33,368 nucleotides of DNA, taken from sequence record NC_070909. One strand, 5' to 3'. How positions within the stretch are numbered: the stretch's first letter is position 1; each line of letters begins with the position of its first letter. The notes beneath the pieces are model-generated. The model did no database searches. It saw only the letters and a program-made list of their open reading frames with translations, and was not told where the DNA came from. Positions 1-8,804 of this stretch are shown here, in pieces. The stretch is from Escherichia phage Cartapus. A program made the translations under genes and the position numbers.

Positions 1-32
1 AGGCGCATGAAAACCACTACATAAAGCGGGCA

Positions 33-51
33 GGCGTGGCGGGGATACGAG
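33..51. other. cos: cos-like cohesive-end sequence (GGCGTGGCGGGGATACGAG)
   Basis: 19-nt GC-rich motif whose first 13 nt match the 186/P2-type cos end as I recall it (GGCG[T/A]GGCGGGGA...). It sits a short distance upstream of portal gene Q, as in P2. Confidence 0.35.
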
Positions 52-161
52 CGCGCGCTCATGGTTGAATTAATGAAATTATGGTGTTAAATAGGCTAGC
101 TTTTTAAGTCGTGAATATTCAATTTTTCAACTCATTTTTTTCATAGGGAGGAGTAATTGAC

Positions 162-860
162 ATGGTTATGTTAGTGGATGACTGTCCACGATGTGGATCA
201 CAAAAAATAGCGTTTGATGTTAATGGGCTGAATTGCACTAGGGTTTACAATGCATTGGGCGGGGGTAAAACATACGAGTACGAGGTCTATTGTGTTTGCC
301 GAGAGTGTCATAAAACGACAATGTTTCTTTGCAGACCTTTAACGAAAAATAAAACTTTAGATGGCTATAATTGGGAAAGTGGAATATTCGGCTTAAAGGA
401 AGTTGCAGAGGTTGTTAGGCCTATATCACCGGCAGACTTAGCAGTAGAGGAGCCACCAGAGTTCTTACCTGAGCATATCAATAGTGCATATGAGGAAGGG
501 GCGAAATGTTTGGCTATAGGTTGTTATAATGCAGCAGCAACCATGTTTAGGCTTTGCCTTGATTATGCCACAAAAGGACTTCTTCCTGATGGGGAGCAAG
601 GGCCTGCGCAAAAAATAAGGAGAAGCCTAGGGTTAAGAATGGAGTGGTTATTTGATAATCATCTACTGCCTGAAGCTTTAAGGGAACTAGCTGAATGCGT
701 TAAAGATGACGGAAATGATGGAGCGCATGAAGGTATTTTGGATAAAGCTGCTGCTGAGGATCTTGAAGATTTTACCTATCTTTTTTTAGAACGGCTTTAC
801 ACTGAACCTCAACGCCTTATCGAAGCCAAGACAAGGCGTGAACAAAGAAGAAACAAATAA
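162..860 (+). CDS. accessory protein with N-terminal zinc-ribbon (CPRC...CRECH) and C-terminal DUF4145-like region; function unknown
   Basis: ATG at 162 preceded by GGGAGGAG 8 nt upstream. 232-aa ORF convergent with Q, lying in the cos-Q moron slot. The Cys pairs and the C-terminal GAHEG...LERLY-type region recall DUF4145 (an Abi/restriction-associated domain), from memory only. Confidence 0.6.
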   Translation: MVMLVDDCPRCGSQKIAFDVNGLNCTRVYNALGGGKTYEYEVYCVCRECHKTTMFLCRPLTKNKTLDGYNWESGIFGLKEVAEVVRPISPADLAVEEPPEFLPEHINSAYEEGAKCLAIGCYNAAATMFRLCLDYATKGLLPDGEQGPAQKIRRSLGLRMEWLFDNHLLPEALRELAECVKDDGNDGAHEGILDKAAAEDLEDFTYLFLERLYTEPQRLIEAKTRREQRRNK

Positions 861-868
861 GTTCGGAA

Positions 869-1903
869 TTATTCTTCTGAAAGAATATAGGGCGTAAATT
901 TAATCACTTCTTCGCCCAGCCAGTCGTTCAGCTCTTGTAGCCTTTTTTGCAAGGGCGTTAATTCATTACGTACAAATACGCGACTAGCCTTCTCCACATC
1001 CCCAAACCCTCCAACATTATTAGGCATAATCCCCATCATTTGCGGCGGCACGCGGTGCGCAGCCATCATGTCGTCGCGGCTGACATTTTTGATATTCAAA
1101 AACTCATCCTTCGCCGCGACTTCTGACAATGGGATGATCTGAAGCCCGTCTTTTTTGCCGTTAGGCGAGTACATAAACAGGTTGCGGAAGTTGCCTGGAC
1201 CTTTGGCGCTTTTCATCGCATTGCGGAGGTTGTTCACATCCTCCTGGTTTTGCGCGGCATCGGTCATGTACATGATAAAGCCCGCATGACTGCCGTTAAT
1301 GTAATACTTGCGACGGAACAGCGTGGCGGACTCGTTGAGCAGGGCTGACGGAATGGCAGAAAGATAACCGGGCAGGCCGTAGATCTCCTGATTAATATCC
1401 GGTTCCATCAGATGAAAAATGCTGCCTTTCGTGAACTGATACGGCTGGGTTGTCATACCGTATTGCACAAACCAGTAGGTATCCAGGTCTAACCCGCGTC
1501 GGGTGTATTTTGCCAGTGCAGGCTCAAGGGCGATAACTTCACCGAAGCGGTTCGTGCGTTTCTCCAGGTAGGCGTTACCAAAAACCAGATAGTCCTGCAC
1601 AAAACGCGAAAAAGCCTGCTGGCTGAGCAGCGGGTGAGGGATGTAGGTGCTGGTCAGAATGTTGCACTTTACTGCAATCGGGGAACTATGATGCACGGCA
1701 GCGCGGAAGGTGCGCGCCAGTCCGTCAAAGCTGACGGGCGGCTCATACCAGCGGTCCATCTGTACGCATTCCACATAATCCAGCAGTTCTCGGCGGTCCA
1801 GAACAGGAACGGGATCGCCGAAGCTGAATGCTTCGGCTGTAGTTTGACTTTTAAGCTGGATCTGTTTCGTCGCCGCAGCGCGGTTCTTCTTACTCTTTCC
1901 CAT
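869..1903 (-). CDS. Q: portal protein (P2 gpQ-like)
   Basis: 344 aa from the ATG at 1903-1901 (the track ORF begins one codon earlier at a TTG). Length and sequence resemble P2 Q. Start ATG overlaps the stop of P (ATGA). Confidence 0.9.
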   Translation of the reverse strand: MGKSKKNRAAATKQIQLKSQTTAEAFSFGDPVPVLDRRELLDYVECVQMDRWYEPPVSFDGLARTFRAAVHHSSPIAVKCNILTSTYIPHPLLSQQAFSRFVQDYLVFGNAYLEKRTNRFGEVIALEPALAKYTRRGLDLDTYWFVQYGMTTQPYQFTKGSIFHLMEPDINQEIYGLPGYLSAIPSALLNESATLFRRKYYINGSHAGFIMYMTDAAQNQEDVNNLRNAMKSAKGPGNFRNLFMYSPNGKKDGLQIIPLSEVAAKDEFLNIKNVSRDDMMAAHRVPPQMMGIMPNNVGGFGDVEKASRVFVRNELTPLQKRLQELNDWLGEEVIKFTPYILSEE

Positions 1904-3669
1904 CAAAAAATCTCCACAATATTGCTGGTATTGGCGGATTCGCCCTGCAGCGGTTCGTTAAACAGTGCGTGCATCGTTGCCCAGGCCAGATCGGCGTGGC
2001 TGGCTTCTTCGCTGCGGCTGGCTTCATAGGTCGGGCGGTTGCCACTGGCGGTGGTGGCGCGACGGATTGCCATAAAGGACTGCGCTATGTCGGTGTGTCC
2101 GGCGTCAAACTCCAGACGGCGGTGGCTGATAATGTCGTAGGCCTTGAGTACCAGGGCGTTTTTAACGTTGGGGTTGTAGACAAACTCCCGGACGGCAGGA
2201 AAAAACGCTTTCACGTTCTCGTAAACCCCGTGACCAACGCCGGTTGAGTCGATACCGATATAGGTCACGTTGTACTGTTCGGTCAGTTTTTTGATGGCGT
2301 CAGCCTGGGCGCGGAAGTCCATTCCGCGCCACTGGTGACGCTCAAGAATGCGGAACTTACCGCCCGGCACGGCTGGCGGCGCCACCACCACGCATCCGGC
2401 GCTGTCGCCGTTCTGCGTACCTTTCGCCGGGTCATATCCGATCCACACTTCGCGCCAGCCAAACGGGCGCAGGGCCAGTGCATGAAAGTCGGTCCAGACT
2501 TCCCAACTGTCCACCATGCACGCCTGCAGCTCGCTGAGCGGGAACACGGACGCGAGATCGTCCACGAACTCGCACATCAGCAGGTTCTGGTATTCGTCCG
2601 GGCTGTACTCCATGCGCAACTGGTCAAGGTCGAACAGGTTACAGCCGCCGCGCACCGCATCTTCCACGGTGACTATCTGGCGGTACTGCCCGTCTGCGCA
2701 CAGCAGGCCGGGGGCCAGATTGCTGTGGGACAGGTCGATGTCCACCTTATCGGCTTTGTTGCGCCCTCGGTTGAACAGCGCACCGGACCAGAACGGATAA
2801 GCACTGTGTGTCAGGCTGGATGGCGTGGAAAAATAGGTTTGTCGCCATTTTTTGTGAATAGCCATACCGGAAGCCACTTTGCGCAGCTCCTGGAATTTCG
2901 GTATCCAGAAATATTCATCCAGATACAGGTTGCCGTGGTAACTCTGGGCCGTGCGGGCATTGGTGCCGAGGAAGTAAAGCGTGGCCCCGTTAGGAAGCAC
3001 CATCGGATCGCCTTTCAGTTCCACATCCACTTCTTTGGCGAAGTCGATGATGTACTGCTTAAAGACGTGGGCCTGTGCCTTACTGGCGGAAAGGAAAATC
3101 TGGTTACGTCCGGTCAGCAGGGCGTCAATCAGGGCTTCACGGGCAAAGTAAAAGGTCGCGCCGATCTGGCGAGACTTCAGCAGGTTGCGGATGCGATTGG
3201 TTTTTCCGGCTTCCCACCAGTGGCGCTGGTAGTTGAACATGGAGGAATGGAAGATTTCTTCCAGCTTCTCAATCTGTTCATCGGTGAAAACATTCTTTTC
3301 CGGCTGACGGCGCGGCCCTTTGTTGCGGTTGGCGACGTTAGGGTTTAAGTCGGCTTCGTTGCCGCCATTGTTAAACTTGCCGATCCGCGCGTGGCGCTCC
3401 GACTGGCGCGCCAGCAGGTCAATTTCTTTGAAATCTTTCCCTTCTTTGTGCTCCTTCATAATGAGCTGGCAGTAGCGGGCGGCGGTGGTGAGCTGCATCT
3501 GATCCAGCGGCCCATAGTCACCCCACTTGTCGCGTTTTTTCCAGCTGTGAACGGTTGCAACTTTCTCGCCCAGCATTTCAGCAATGCGGGCTACGCGGTA
3601 TCCCTGAAAGTACAGCAGCATGGCCTGCCGACGGGGATCGAGATCTGCGGGTGTCAGTGTGGTGTTCAT
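1903..3669 (-). CDS. P: terminase large (ATPase) subunit (P2 gpP-like)
   Basis: 588-aa ORF, ATG at 3669-3667, immediately upstream of and overlapping Q. Size and position as P2 P. Confidence 0.9.
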   Translation of the reverse strand: MNTTLTPADLDPRRQAMLLYFQGYRVARIAEMLGEKVATVHSWKKRDKWGDYGPLDQMQLTTAARYCQLIMKEHKEGKDFKEIDLLARQSERHARIGKFNNGGNEADLNPNVANRNKGPRRQPEKNVFTDEQIEKLEEIFHSSMFNYQRHWWEAGKTNRIRNLLKSRQIGATFYFAREALIDALLTGRNQIFLSASKAQAHVFKQYIIDFAKEVDVELKGDPMVLPNGATLYFLGTNARTAQSYHGNLYLDEYFWIPKFQELRKVASGMAIHKKWRQTYFSTPSSLTHSAYPFWSGALFNRGRNKADKVDIDLSHSNLAPGLLCADGQYRQIVTVEDAVRGGCNLFDLDQLRMEYSPDEYQNLLMCEFVDDLASVFPLSELQACMVDSWEVWTDFHALALRPFGWREVWIGYDPAKGTQNGDSAGCVVVAPPAVPGGKFRILERHQWRGMDFRAQADAIKKLTEQYNVTYIGIDSTGVGHGVYENVKAFFPAVREFVYNPNVKNALVLKAYDIISHRRLEFDAGHTDIAQSFMAIRRATTASGNRPTYEASRSEEASHADLAWATMHALFNEPLQGESANTSNIVEIF

Positions 3670-3715
3670 GGCACAAACCTACAGCCTTGAATGAAGGCTT
3701 TCCCCGCCTGCGGTT

Positions 3716-3733
3716 TGTGTGGTTGTCGGTACA
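3716..3733. promoter_or_regulatory. TGT-N12-ACA dyad (Ogr-type late-promoter activator site) in the divergent P/O promoter region
   Basis: tgtGTGGTTGTCGGTaca in the P-O intergenic region, roughly 80 nt upstream of the O start. P2 late promoters carry a TGT-N12-ACA element near -55. Confidence 0.4.
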
Positions 3734-3811
3734 AATACCGCGCATTGTTTCACTGCCCCCATCACCGCAACCATAAGGCTCCAGTAAGTTTTTTCTAACG
3801 GAGCACGGCTC

Positions 3812-4645
3812 ATGACAGTGAAAGCAAAGCGTTTTCGCATCGGGGTGGAAGGTGCCACTACCGACGGACGCGAAATCCAGCGTGAATGGCTGGAACAGAT
3901 GGCAGCCAGCTACAACCCGGCGGTGTATACCGCGCTGATTAACCTTGAGCACATTAAGTCTTATCTGCCGGACAGCACGTTTAACCGCTACGGCAAGGTG
4001 ACGGCGCTGTTTGCTGAAGAAATCGCGGAAGGTCCGCTGGCAGGCAAGATGGCACTGTATGCCGACGTTGAGCCAACGGAGTCCCTGGTGGAACTGGTGA
4101 AAAAAGGCCAGAAATTATTCACCTCTATGGAAGTCAGCCCGAAGTTTGCTGATACGGGCAAAGCCTACCTGGTCGGCCTGGCTGCCACTGATGATCCCGC
4201 CAGTCTGGGTACGGAAATGCTGACATTCAGCGCCAGTGCAGCCCATAACCCGCTGGCAAACCGCAAGCAGAATCCTGCCAATCTTTTTACCGCTGCAGAG
4301 GAAACGGTGATCGAACTGGAAGAAATCCAGGAGGACAAGCCGTCCCTGTTTGCCCGCGTCACGGCGCTGTTTACCAAAAAAGAGCAGTCCGATGACGTCC
4401 GGTTCTCTGATGTGCATAAGGCCGTGGAACTGGTCGCCACTGAGCAGCAGAACCTGAGCACGCGCACCGAAAAATCCCTGTCTGAGCAGGAAGAACGCCT
4501 GTCTGAGCTGGAGACTGCTCTGCAGGAGCAGCAAACCGCCTTTAACGAACTGGTGGATAAGCTGAGTCATGAAGACAGCCGCCAGGACTACCGCCAGCGT
4601 GCAACAGGCGGCAACGCCCCCGCTGACACTCTGACCAATTGCTGA
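3812..4645 (+). CDS. O: capsid scaffolding protein (P2 gpO-like)
   Basis: 277-aa ORF, ATG with ACGGAG RBS, divergent from P. Acidic coiled-coil-like C-terminus. Order P-O-N as in P2. Confidence 0.85.
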   Translation: MTVKAKRFRIGVEGATTDGREIQREWLEQMAASYNPAVYTALINLEHIKSYLPDSTFNRYGKVTALFAEEIAEGPLAGKMALYADVEPTESLVELVKKGQKLFTSMEVSPKFADTGKAYLVGLAATDDPASLGTEMLTFSASAAHNPLANRKQNPANLFTAAEETVIELEEIQEDKPSLFARVTALFTKKEQSDDVRFSDVHKAVELVATEQQNLSTRTEKSLSEQEERLSELETALQEQQTAFNELVDKLSHEDSRQDYRQRATGGNAPADTLTNC

Positions 4646-4661
4646 TGGAGCATAAAACCCA

Positions 4662-5720
4662 ATGAAGAAGAATACCCGTTTTGCTTTTAACGCTTACCTG
4701 CAGCAACTGGCGCGTCTGAACGGTGTGGCAGTTGAGGAACTGTCCAGCAAGTTCACCGTAGAGCCGTCTGTGCAGCAGACGCTGGAAGACCAGATCCAGC
4801 AGTCCGCCGCTTTCCTGACGCTGATTAACGTCACGCCAGTGACTGAGCAGTCCGGTCAGCTGCTTGGATTGGGTGTTGGCAGCACCATTGCCGGAACCAC
4901 TGACACCACCGCGAAAGAGCGTGAACCTGTCGATCCGACGCTGATGATCGATGTGGAATACAAATGCGAACAGACCAACTTTGACACGGTGCTGACCTAC
5001 GCGAAGCTGGACCTGTGGGCGAAGTTTCAGGATTTCCAGGTGCGTATCCGTGACGCCATCGTGAAACGCCAGGCACTGGACCGCATCATGATCGGCTTTA
5101 ACGGCGTGAAGCGTGCGAAAACCTCCAACCGTAGCGAAAACCCGCTGCTGCAGGATGTGAACAAAGGCTGGCTGCAGAAAATCCGTGAGGATGCACCGGA
5201 TCACGTCATGGGCAGCACCACCACGGGCGGTGAAACCACACCGGGTGCGGTGAAAGTCGGGAAAGGTGGCGAATATGCCAACCTGGACGCCGTGGTGATG
5301 GATGCGGTCAATGAGCTTATCGACGTGGTCTACCAGGACGATGACGATCTGGTGGTGATTTGCGGTCGTGAGCTGCTGTCTGACAAGTATTTCCCGCTGG
5401 TCAACAAAGAGCAGGAAAACAGTGAAAAACTGGCTGCCGATATGATCATCAGTCAGAAACGCATGGGTGGCCTGCAGGCCGTGCGTGCGCCGTTCTTCCC
5501 GCCGAATGCGCTGCTGATCACCCGTCTGGATAACCTGTCCATTTACTGGCAGGAAGACACCCGCCGCCGTTCGGTTATCGACAACCCGAAACGTGACCGG
5601 ATTGAAAATTTTGAATCCGTTAACGAAGCCTATGTGGTTGAGGACTACCGCTGCGCCGCACTGGTGGAAAACATCCAGATTGGCGACTTCAGCGCCGCCG
5701 CAGCAGAAACCGGAGCGTAA
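4662..5720 (+). CDS. N: major capsid protein precursor (P2 gpN-like)
   Basis: 352-aa ORF directly after O. Size and position match P2 N. Confidence 0.9.
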   Translation: MKKNTRFAFNAYLQQLARLNGVAVEELSSKFTVEPSVQQTLEDQIQQSAAFLTLINVTPVTEQSGQLLGLGVGSTIAGTTDTTAKEREPVDPTLMIDVEYKCEQTNFDTVLTYAKLDLWAKFQDFQVRIRDAIVKRQALDRIMIGFNGVKRAKTSNRSENPLLQDVNKGWLQKIREDAPDHVMGSTTTGGETTPGAVKVGKGGEYANLDAVVMDAVNELIDVVYQDDDDLVVICGRELLSDKYFPLVNKEQENSEKLAADMIISQKRMGGLQAVRAPFFPPNALLITRLDNLSIYWQEDTRRRSVIDNPKRDRIENFESVNEAYVVEDYRCAALVENIQIGDFSAAAAETGA

Positions 5721-5723
5721 ACC

Positions 5724-6374
5724 ATGAGCCTGAGTCCCGCACGGCAGCATCGCCTGCGCGTTCAGGCTGAACAGGCCGCCCGCGAGGGCGGCAGCGTTCG
5801 CCACGCGTCGGGCTATGACCTGATGCTGCTGCAACTGGCAGAAGACCGCCGCCGTCTCAAGGGCGTTCAGTCCACGGTCAAAAAAGCGGAAATCAAGGTG
5901 GAGCTGCTGCCGAAATACGCCGCCTGGGCGGAGGGTGTCCTGGCTGCCGGAGGCGCTCAACAGGATGACGTGCTGATGTACGTGATGCTGTGGCGCATTG
6001 ATGCCGGAGATTATGTCGGAGCGCTGGAGATCGGGCGTCATGCCCTGCGTCATGGCTGGGTGATGCCGCTGGGTAACCGCAACGTGCAGACCGTGCTGGC
6101 AGAGGAAATGGCAGACGCAGCGCAGAGCGCAATGCTTGCCACTACCGGCTTTGATGTCGATCTGCTGCTGCAGACGCTGGAGCTGACAGACGGTCTGGAT
6201 ATGCCGGACCAGTCACGGGCGCGTCTGCATAAAGCGATTGGCGCTGTCCTGAGTGAAAGTAATCCGGCTTCCGCCCTTAATCATCTCAACCATGCGTTAC
6301 AGCTCGATCCCCGCTGTGGCGTGAAAAAAGACAAACAGCAGCTGGAGCGCAGACTGCGCAATGACAGCCGCTGA
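5724..6374 (+). CDS. M: terminase small/endonuclease subunit (P2 gpM-like)
   Basis: 216-aa ORF 3 nt after N. Arg-rich N-terminus. Synteny with P2 M. Confidence 0.8.
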   Translation: MSLSPARQHRLRVQAEQAAREGGSVRHASGYDLMLLQLAEDRRRLKGVQSTVKKAEIKVELLPKYAAWAEGVLAAGGAQQDDVLMYVMLWRIDAGDYVGALEIGRHALRHGWVMPLGNRNVQTVLAEEMADAAQSAMLATTGFDVDLLLQTLELTDGLDMPDQSRARLHKAIGAVLSESNPASALNHLNHALQLDPRCGVKKDKQQLERRLRNDSR

Positions 6375-6469
6375 CAGAACGTGCCCCCGCGCACGGGCGG
6401 CACGGGGTGGCGAAAGGCACTGCCACATCAAAACCCCGTCCACCGCCCTTTATTTCAGGAGAAAGCAGC

Positions 6470-6934
6470 ATGAAGTTTGTTGCGCCAGAACAGGCACCGG
6501 AACAGGCGGAAATCATCAGAAATACGCCGTTCTGGCCTGATGTGGACCTGTCGGAGTTTCGCAGTGTCATGCGCACTGACGGCACGGTGACGCAGCCGCG
6601 TTTAAAGCAGGTTGCGCTGTCGGCAATTTCGGAGGTCAACGCAGAGCTGTATGAGTTTCGCAGACGCCAGCAGATGCTGGGGTATGCCTCGCTGGCAGAA
6701 GTCCCGGCGGAACAACTGGACGGCAAAAGCGAGCGCATTCAGCACTATTTCAACGCGGTTTACTGCTGGGCACGCGCCATGCTCAACGAACGTTACCAGG
6801 ACTATGACGCCACGGCATCCGGTGCGAAGCGAGGCGAGGAACTGGCGGAAGCAAGCGGTGATTTATGGCGTGACGCCCGCTGGGCCATCAGCCGGGTGCA
6901 GGATGCGCCGCACTGCACAGTGGAGCTTATCTGA
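6470..6934 (+). CDS. L: head completion/stabilisation protein (P2 gpL-like)
   Basis: Track ORF 6407-6934. I place the start at the ATG at 6470, preceded by CAGGAGA. Stop overlaps the X start (TGATG). Confidence 0.8.
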   Translation: MKFVAPEQAPEQAEIIRNTPFWPDVDLSEFRSVMRTDGTVTQPRLKQVALSAISEVNAELYEFRRRQQMLGYASLAEVPAEQLDGKSERIQHYFNAVYCWARAMLNERYQDYDATASGAKRGEELAEASGDLWRDARWAISRVQDAPHCTVELI

Positions 6935-7137
6935 TGAAAGTGCGTGCGCATCAGTATGACACGGTGGACGCACTTTGCTGGCGTCATTACGGGCGCACGC
7001 AGGGTGTCACGGAGCAGGTACTGAAGGCAAATCCGGGGCTTGCCGAATACGGCCCCTTTTTACCTCACGGGCTGCAGGTGGAGCTGCCGGACATTCCGAC
7101 AACCACCACCGTGCAGACCGTCCAGCTATGGGACTGA
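6934..7137 (+). CDS. X: tail protein X (P2 gpX-like)
   Basis: 67-aa ORF, the same length as P2 X, in the syntenic position. Confidence 0.75.
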   Translation: MKVRAHQYDTVDALCWRHYGRTQGVTEQVLKANPGLAEYGPFLPHGLQVELPDIPTTTTVQTVQLWD

Positions 7138-7140
7138 ATT

Positions 7141-7356
7141 ATGACGCTTGAGCGAATCAGCGCCTTTATCACGTATTGCATCGCCGTCGTGCTGGCCTGG
7201 CTGGGCGATTTGTCCATCAAGGATGCCTCAACGCTGGGCGGCCTGATGATTGGTGTGCTGATGCTGGCTATCAACTGGTACTACAAACACAAAGCCTACC
7301 AGCTTCTGCGCGACGGGCAGATTTCGCGGGAGGACTATGAATCCATCAATCGTTAA
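7141..7356 (+). CDS. holin (putative; two hydrophobic segments)
   Basis: 71-aa ORF with two hydrophobic stretches (ISAFITYCIAVVLAWLG, LGGLMIGVLMLAINWYY) and a charged C-terminus, directly upstream of and overlapping the endolysin gene. Confidence 0.6.
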   Translation: MTLERISAFITYCIAVVLAWLGDLSIKDASTLGGLMIGVLMLAINWYYKHKAYQLLRDGQISREDYESINR

Positions 7357-7852
7357 ACGCTGCCTTGTCGGGGCCGTGCTGGCTATTGCTGCCACGCTGC
7401 CGGGGTTTCAGCAGCTTCACACCTCCGTGGAGGGGCTGAAACTGATTGCCGATTACGAAGGTTGTCGTCTGCAGCCGTATCAGTGCAGCGCGGGTGTCTG
7501 GACCGACGGCATTGGAAATACGTCGGGCGTCATTCCCGGCAAAACAATCACGGAACGACAGGCAGCAGAAGGGCTTATTTCCAACGTGCTGCGTGTGGAG
7601 CGGGCGCTGGAAAGGTGTGTGAAGCAACAGCCGCCGCAGAAGGTATATGACGCTACGGTGTCGTTTGCCTTCAACGTGGGAACGGGCAATGCCTGCAGTT
7701 CTACGCTGGTGAAATTGCTCAATCAGCGGCGCTGGGCAGAAGCGTGCCGACAGTTGCCGCGCTGGGTTTATGTGAAAGGTGTGTTTAATCAGGGGCTGGA
7801 TAACCGCCGTGCGCGGGAGATGGCCTGGTGCCTTAAAGGAGCTGGATTATGA
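7337..7852 (+). CDS. endolysin, lysozyme-like (GH24-type) with N-terminal signal-anchor-release (SAR)-like segment
   Basis: 171 aa. Weakly hydrophobic Gly/Ala-rich N-terminus (CLVGAVLAIAATLPG) followed by a lysozyme-like EG...WTDGIGNT catalytic region. Follows the holin. Confidence 0.8.
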   Translation: MNPSIVKRCLVGAVLAIAATLPGFQQLHTSVEGLKLIADYEGCRLQPYQCSAGVWTDGIGNTSGVIPGKTITERQAAEGLISNVLRVERALERCVKQQPPQKVYDATVSFAFNVGTGNACSSTLVKLLNQRRWAEACRQLPRWVYVKGVFNQGLDNRRAREMAWCLKGAGL

Positions 7853-8277
7853 CGCGTGCGCTGGCGGTAGTGGCGGCGCTGGCACTCGTTGCGCTGGGCT
7901 GGCAGTCGTGGCGGCTTAACAGCGCCAGCCACACCATCGAAACGCAGCGCGCGGCGCTGAAAAGTAAAGCGCACGAACTGACGAAGAAAAATAGCCAGCT
8001 GATCAGTCTGTCCATTCTGGCTGAAACCAATAACCGGGAGCAGGCGCGGCTCTATGCCGAAGCAGAACAGACCAGCGCGCTGCTGAGACAACGACAACAC
8101 CGGATCGAGGAACTGAAACGTGAGAACGAGGATTTACGCCGCTGGGCTGATACTCCTTTGCCTGCTGACATTATCCGGCTGCGGGAACGTCCGGCACTCA
8201 CCGGAGGTGCAGCTTACCGTCAGTGGTTGTCCGCGAGTGACGCCGTGTCGGCTGGAGCAGGCAGCGCCGCGCACTAA
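7849..8277 (+). CDS. lysB: i-spanin (Rz/LysB-like)
   Basis: 142 aa with an N-terminal TM segment (VVAALALVALGW) and a coiled-coil-like periplasmic part. ATG with AGGAG RBS, overlapping the endolysin stop. Confidence 0.7.
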   Translation: MTRALAVVAALALVALGWQSWRLNSASHTIETQRAALKSKAHELTKKNSQLISLSILAETNNREQARLYAEAEQTSALLRQRQHRIEELKRENEDLRRWADTPLPADIIRLRERPALTGGAAYRQWLSASDAVSAGAGSAAH

Positions 8278-8410
8278 CGGTGATCTGAACGCATTGCTGG
8301 ATGAAACGGAGGCCGCCTGGGCGGTCTGTGCAGACAAAGTGGACATGATTATTGCGTGTCAGGAGCGAAACAGTGAACAAACCACAATCCCTGCGCCACG
8401 CCCTCAATAA
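8120..8410 (+). CDS. lysC: o-spanin lipoprotein (Rz1/LysC-like), starting inside lysB in another frame
   Basis: 96-aa ORF with a signal peptide and lipobox (LTLSGC). Begins within lysB in a different frame, as P2 lysB/lysC do. Confidence 0.6.
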   Translation: MRTRIYAAGLILLCLLTLSGCGNVRHSPEVQLTVSGCPRVTPCRLEQAAPRTNGDLNALLDETEAAWAVCADKVDMIIACQERNSEQTTIPAPRPQ

Positions 8411-8804
8411 AGCAGTGCCTTATGTCCGCAATAACCCGGATAAGCTGCATCTGTTTGTGGATAACGGTTCGCTGGTTGCCACGGGGGCCAGCTCCATGTC
8501 ATGGGAGTACCGTTATACCCTCAACGTGGTGATTGAGGATTTCAGCGGCGACCAGAATCTGCTGATGGCCCCGGTTTTGCTGTGGCTGCGTGATAACCAG
8601 CCCGATGCCATCAATAATCCGGCGTTACGGGAAAAGTTATTCACCTTTGAGGTGGATATTCTGCGCAACGATGTCTGTGATATCAGCCTCAACCTGCAAC
8701 TGACGGAACGTGTGCTGGTCAGCACTGACGGAAGTGTGTCGAGCGTTGAAGCAGTAGCGGAACCCGATGAACCTGAAGAAATGTGGACGGTGAAACGTGG
8801 CTGA
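8373..8804 (+). CDS. R: tail completion protein (P2 gpR-like)
   Basis: Track ORF starts at a TTG at 8352. The GTG at 8373 with an AGGAG RBS gives VNKPQSLRHALNKA..., which resembles the P2 R N-terminus as I recall it. Confidence 0.8.
   Translation: MNKPQSLRHALNKAVPYVRNNPDKLHLFVDNGSLVATGASSMSWEYRYTLNVVIEDFSGDQNLLMAPVLLWLRDNQPDAINNPALREKLFTFEVDILRNDVCDISLNLQLTERVLVSTDGSVSSVEAVAEPDEPEEMWTVKRG

Noticed and set aside
2335-3348. Long ORFs antisense to or overlapping P2-like structural genes (for example 2335-3348 +, 4542-6053 -, 19351-20322 -, 21371-22018 -)
   Set aside because: They lie entirely within confidently assigned GC-rich genes on the other strand or frame, have no RBS-like starts, and give low-complexity Arg/Ala/Gly-rich translations typical of spurious frames in high-GC coding DNA.
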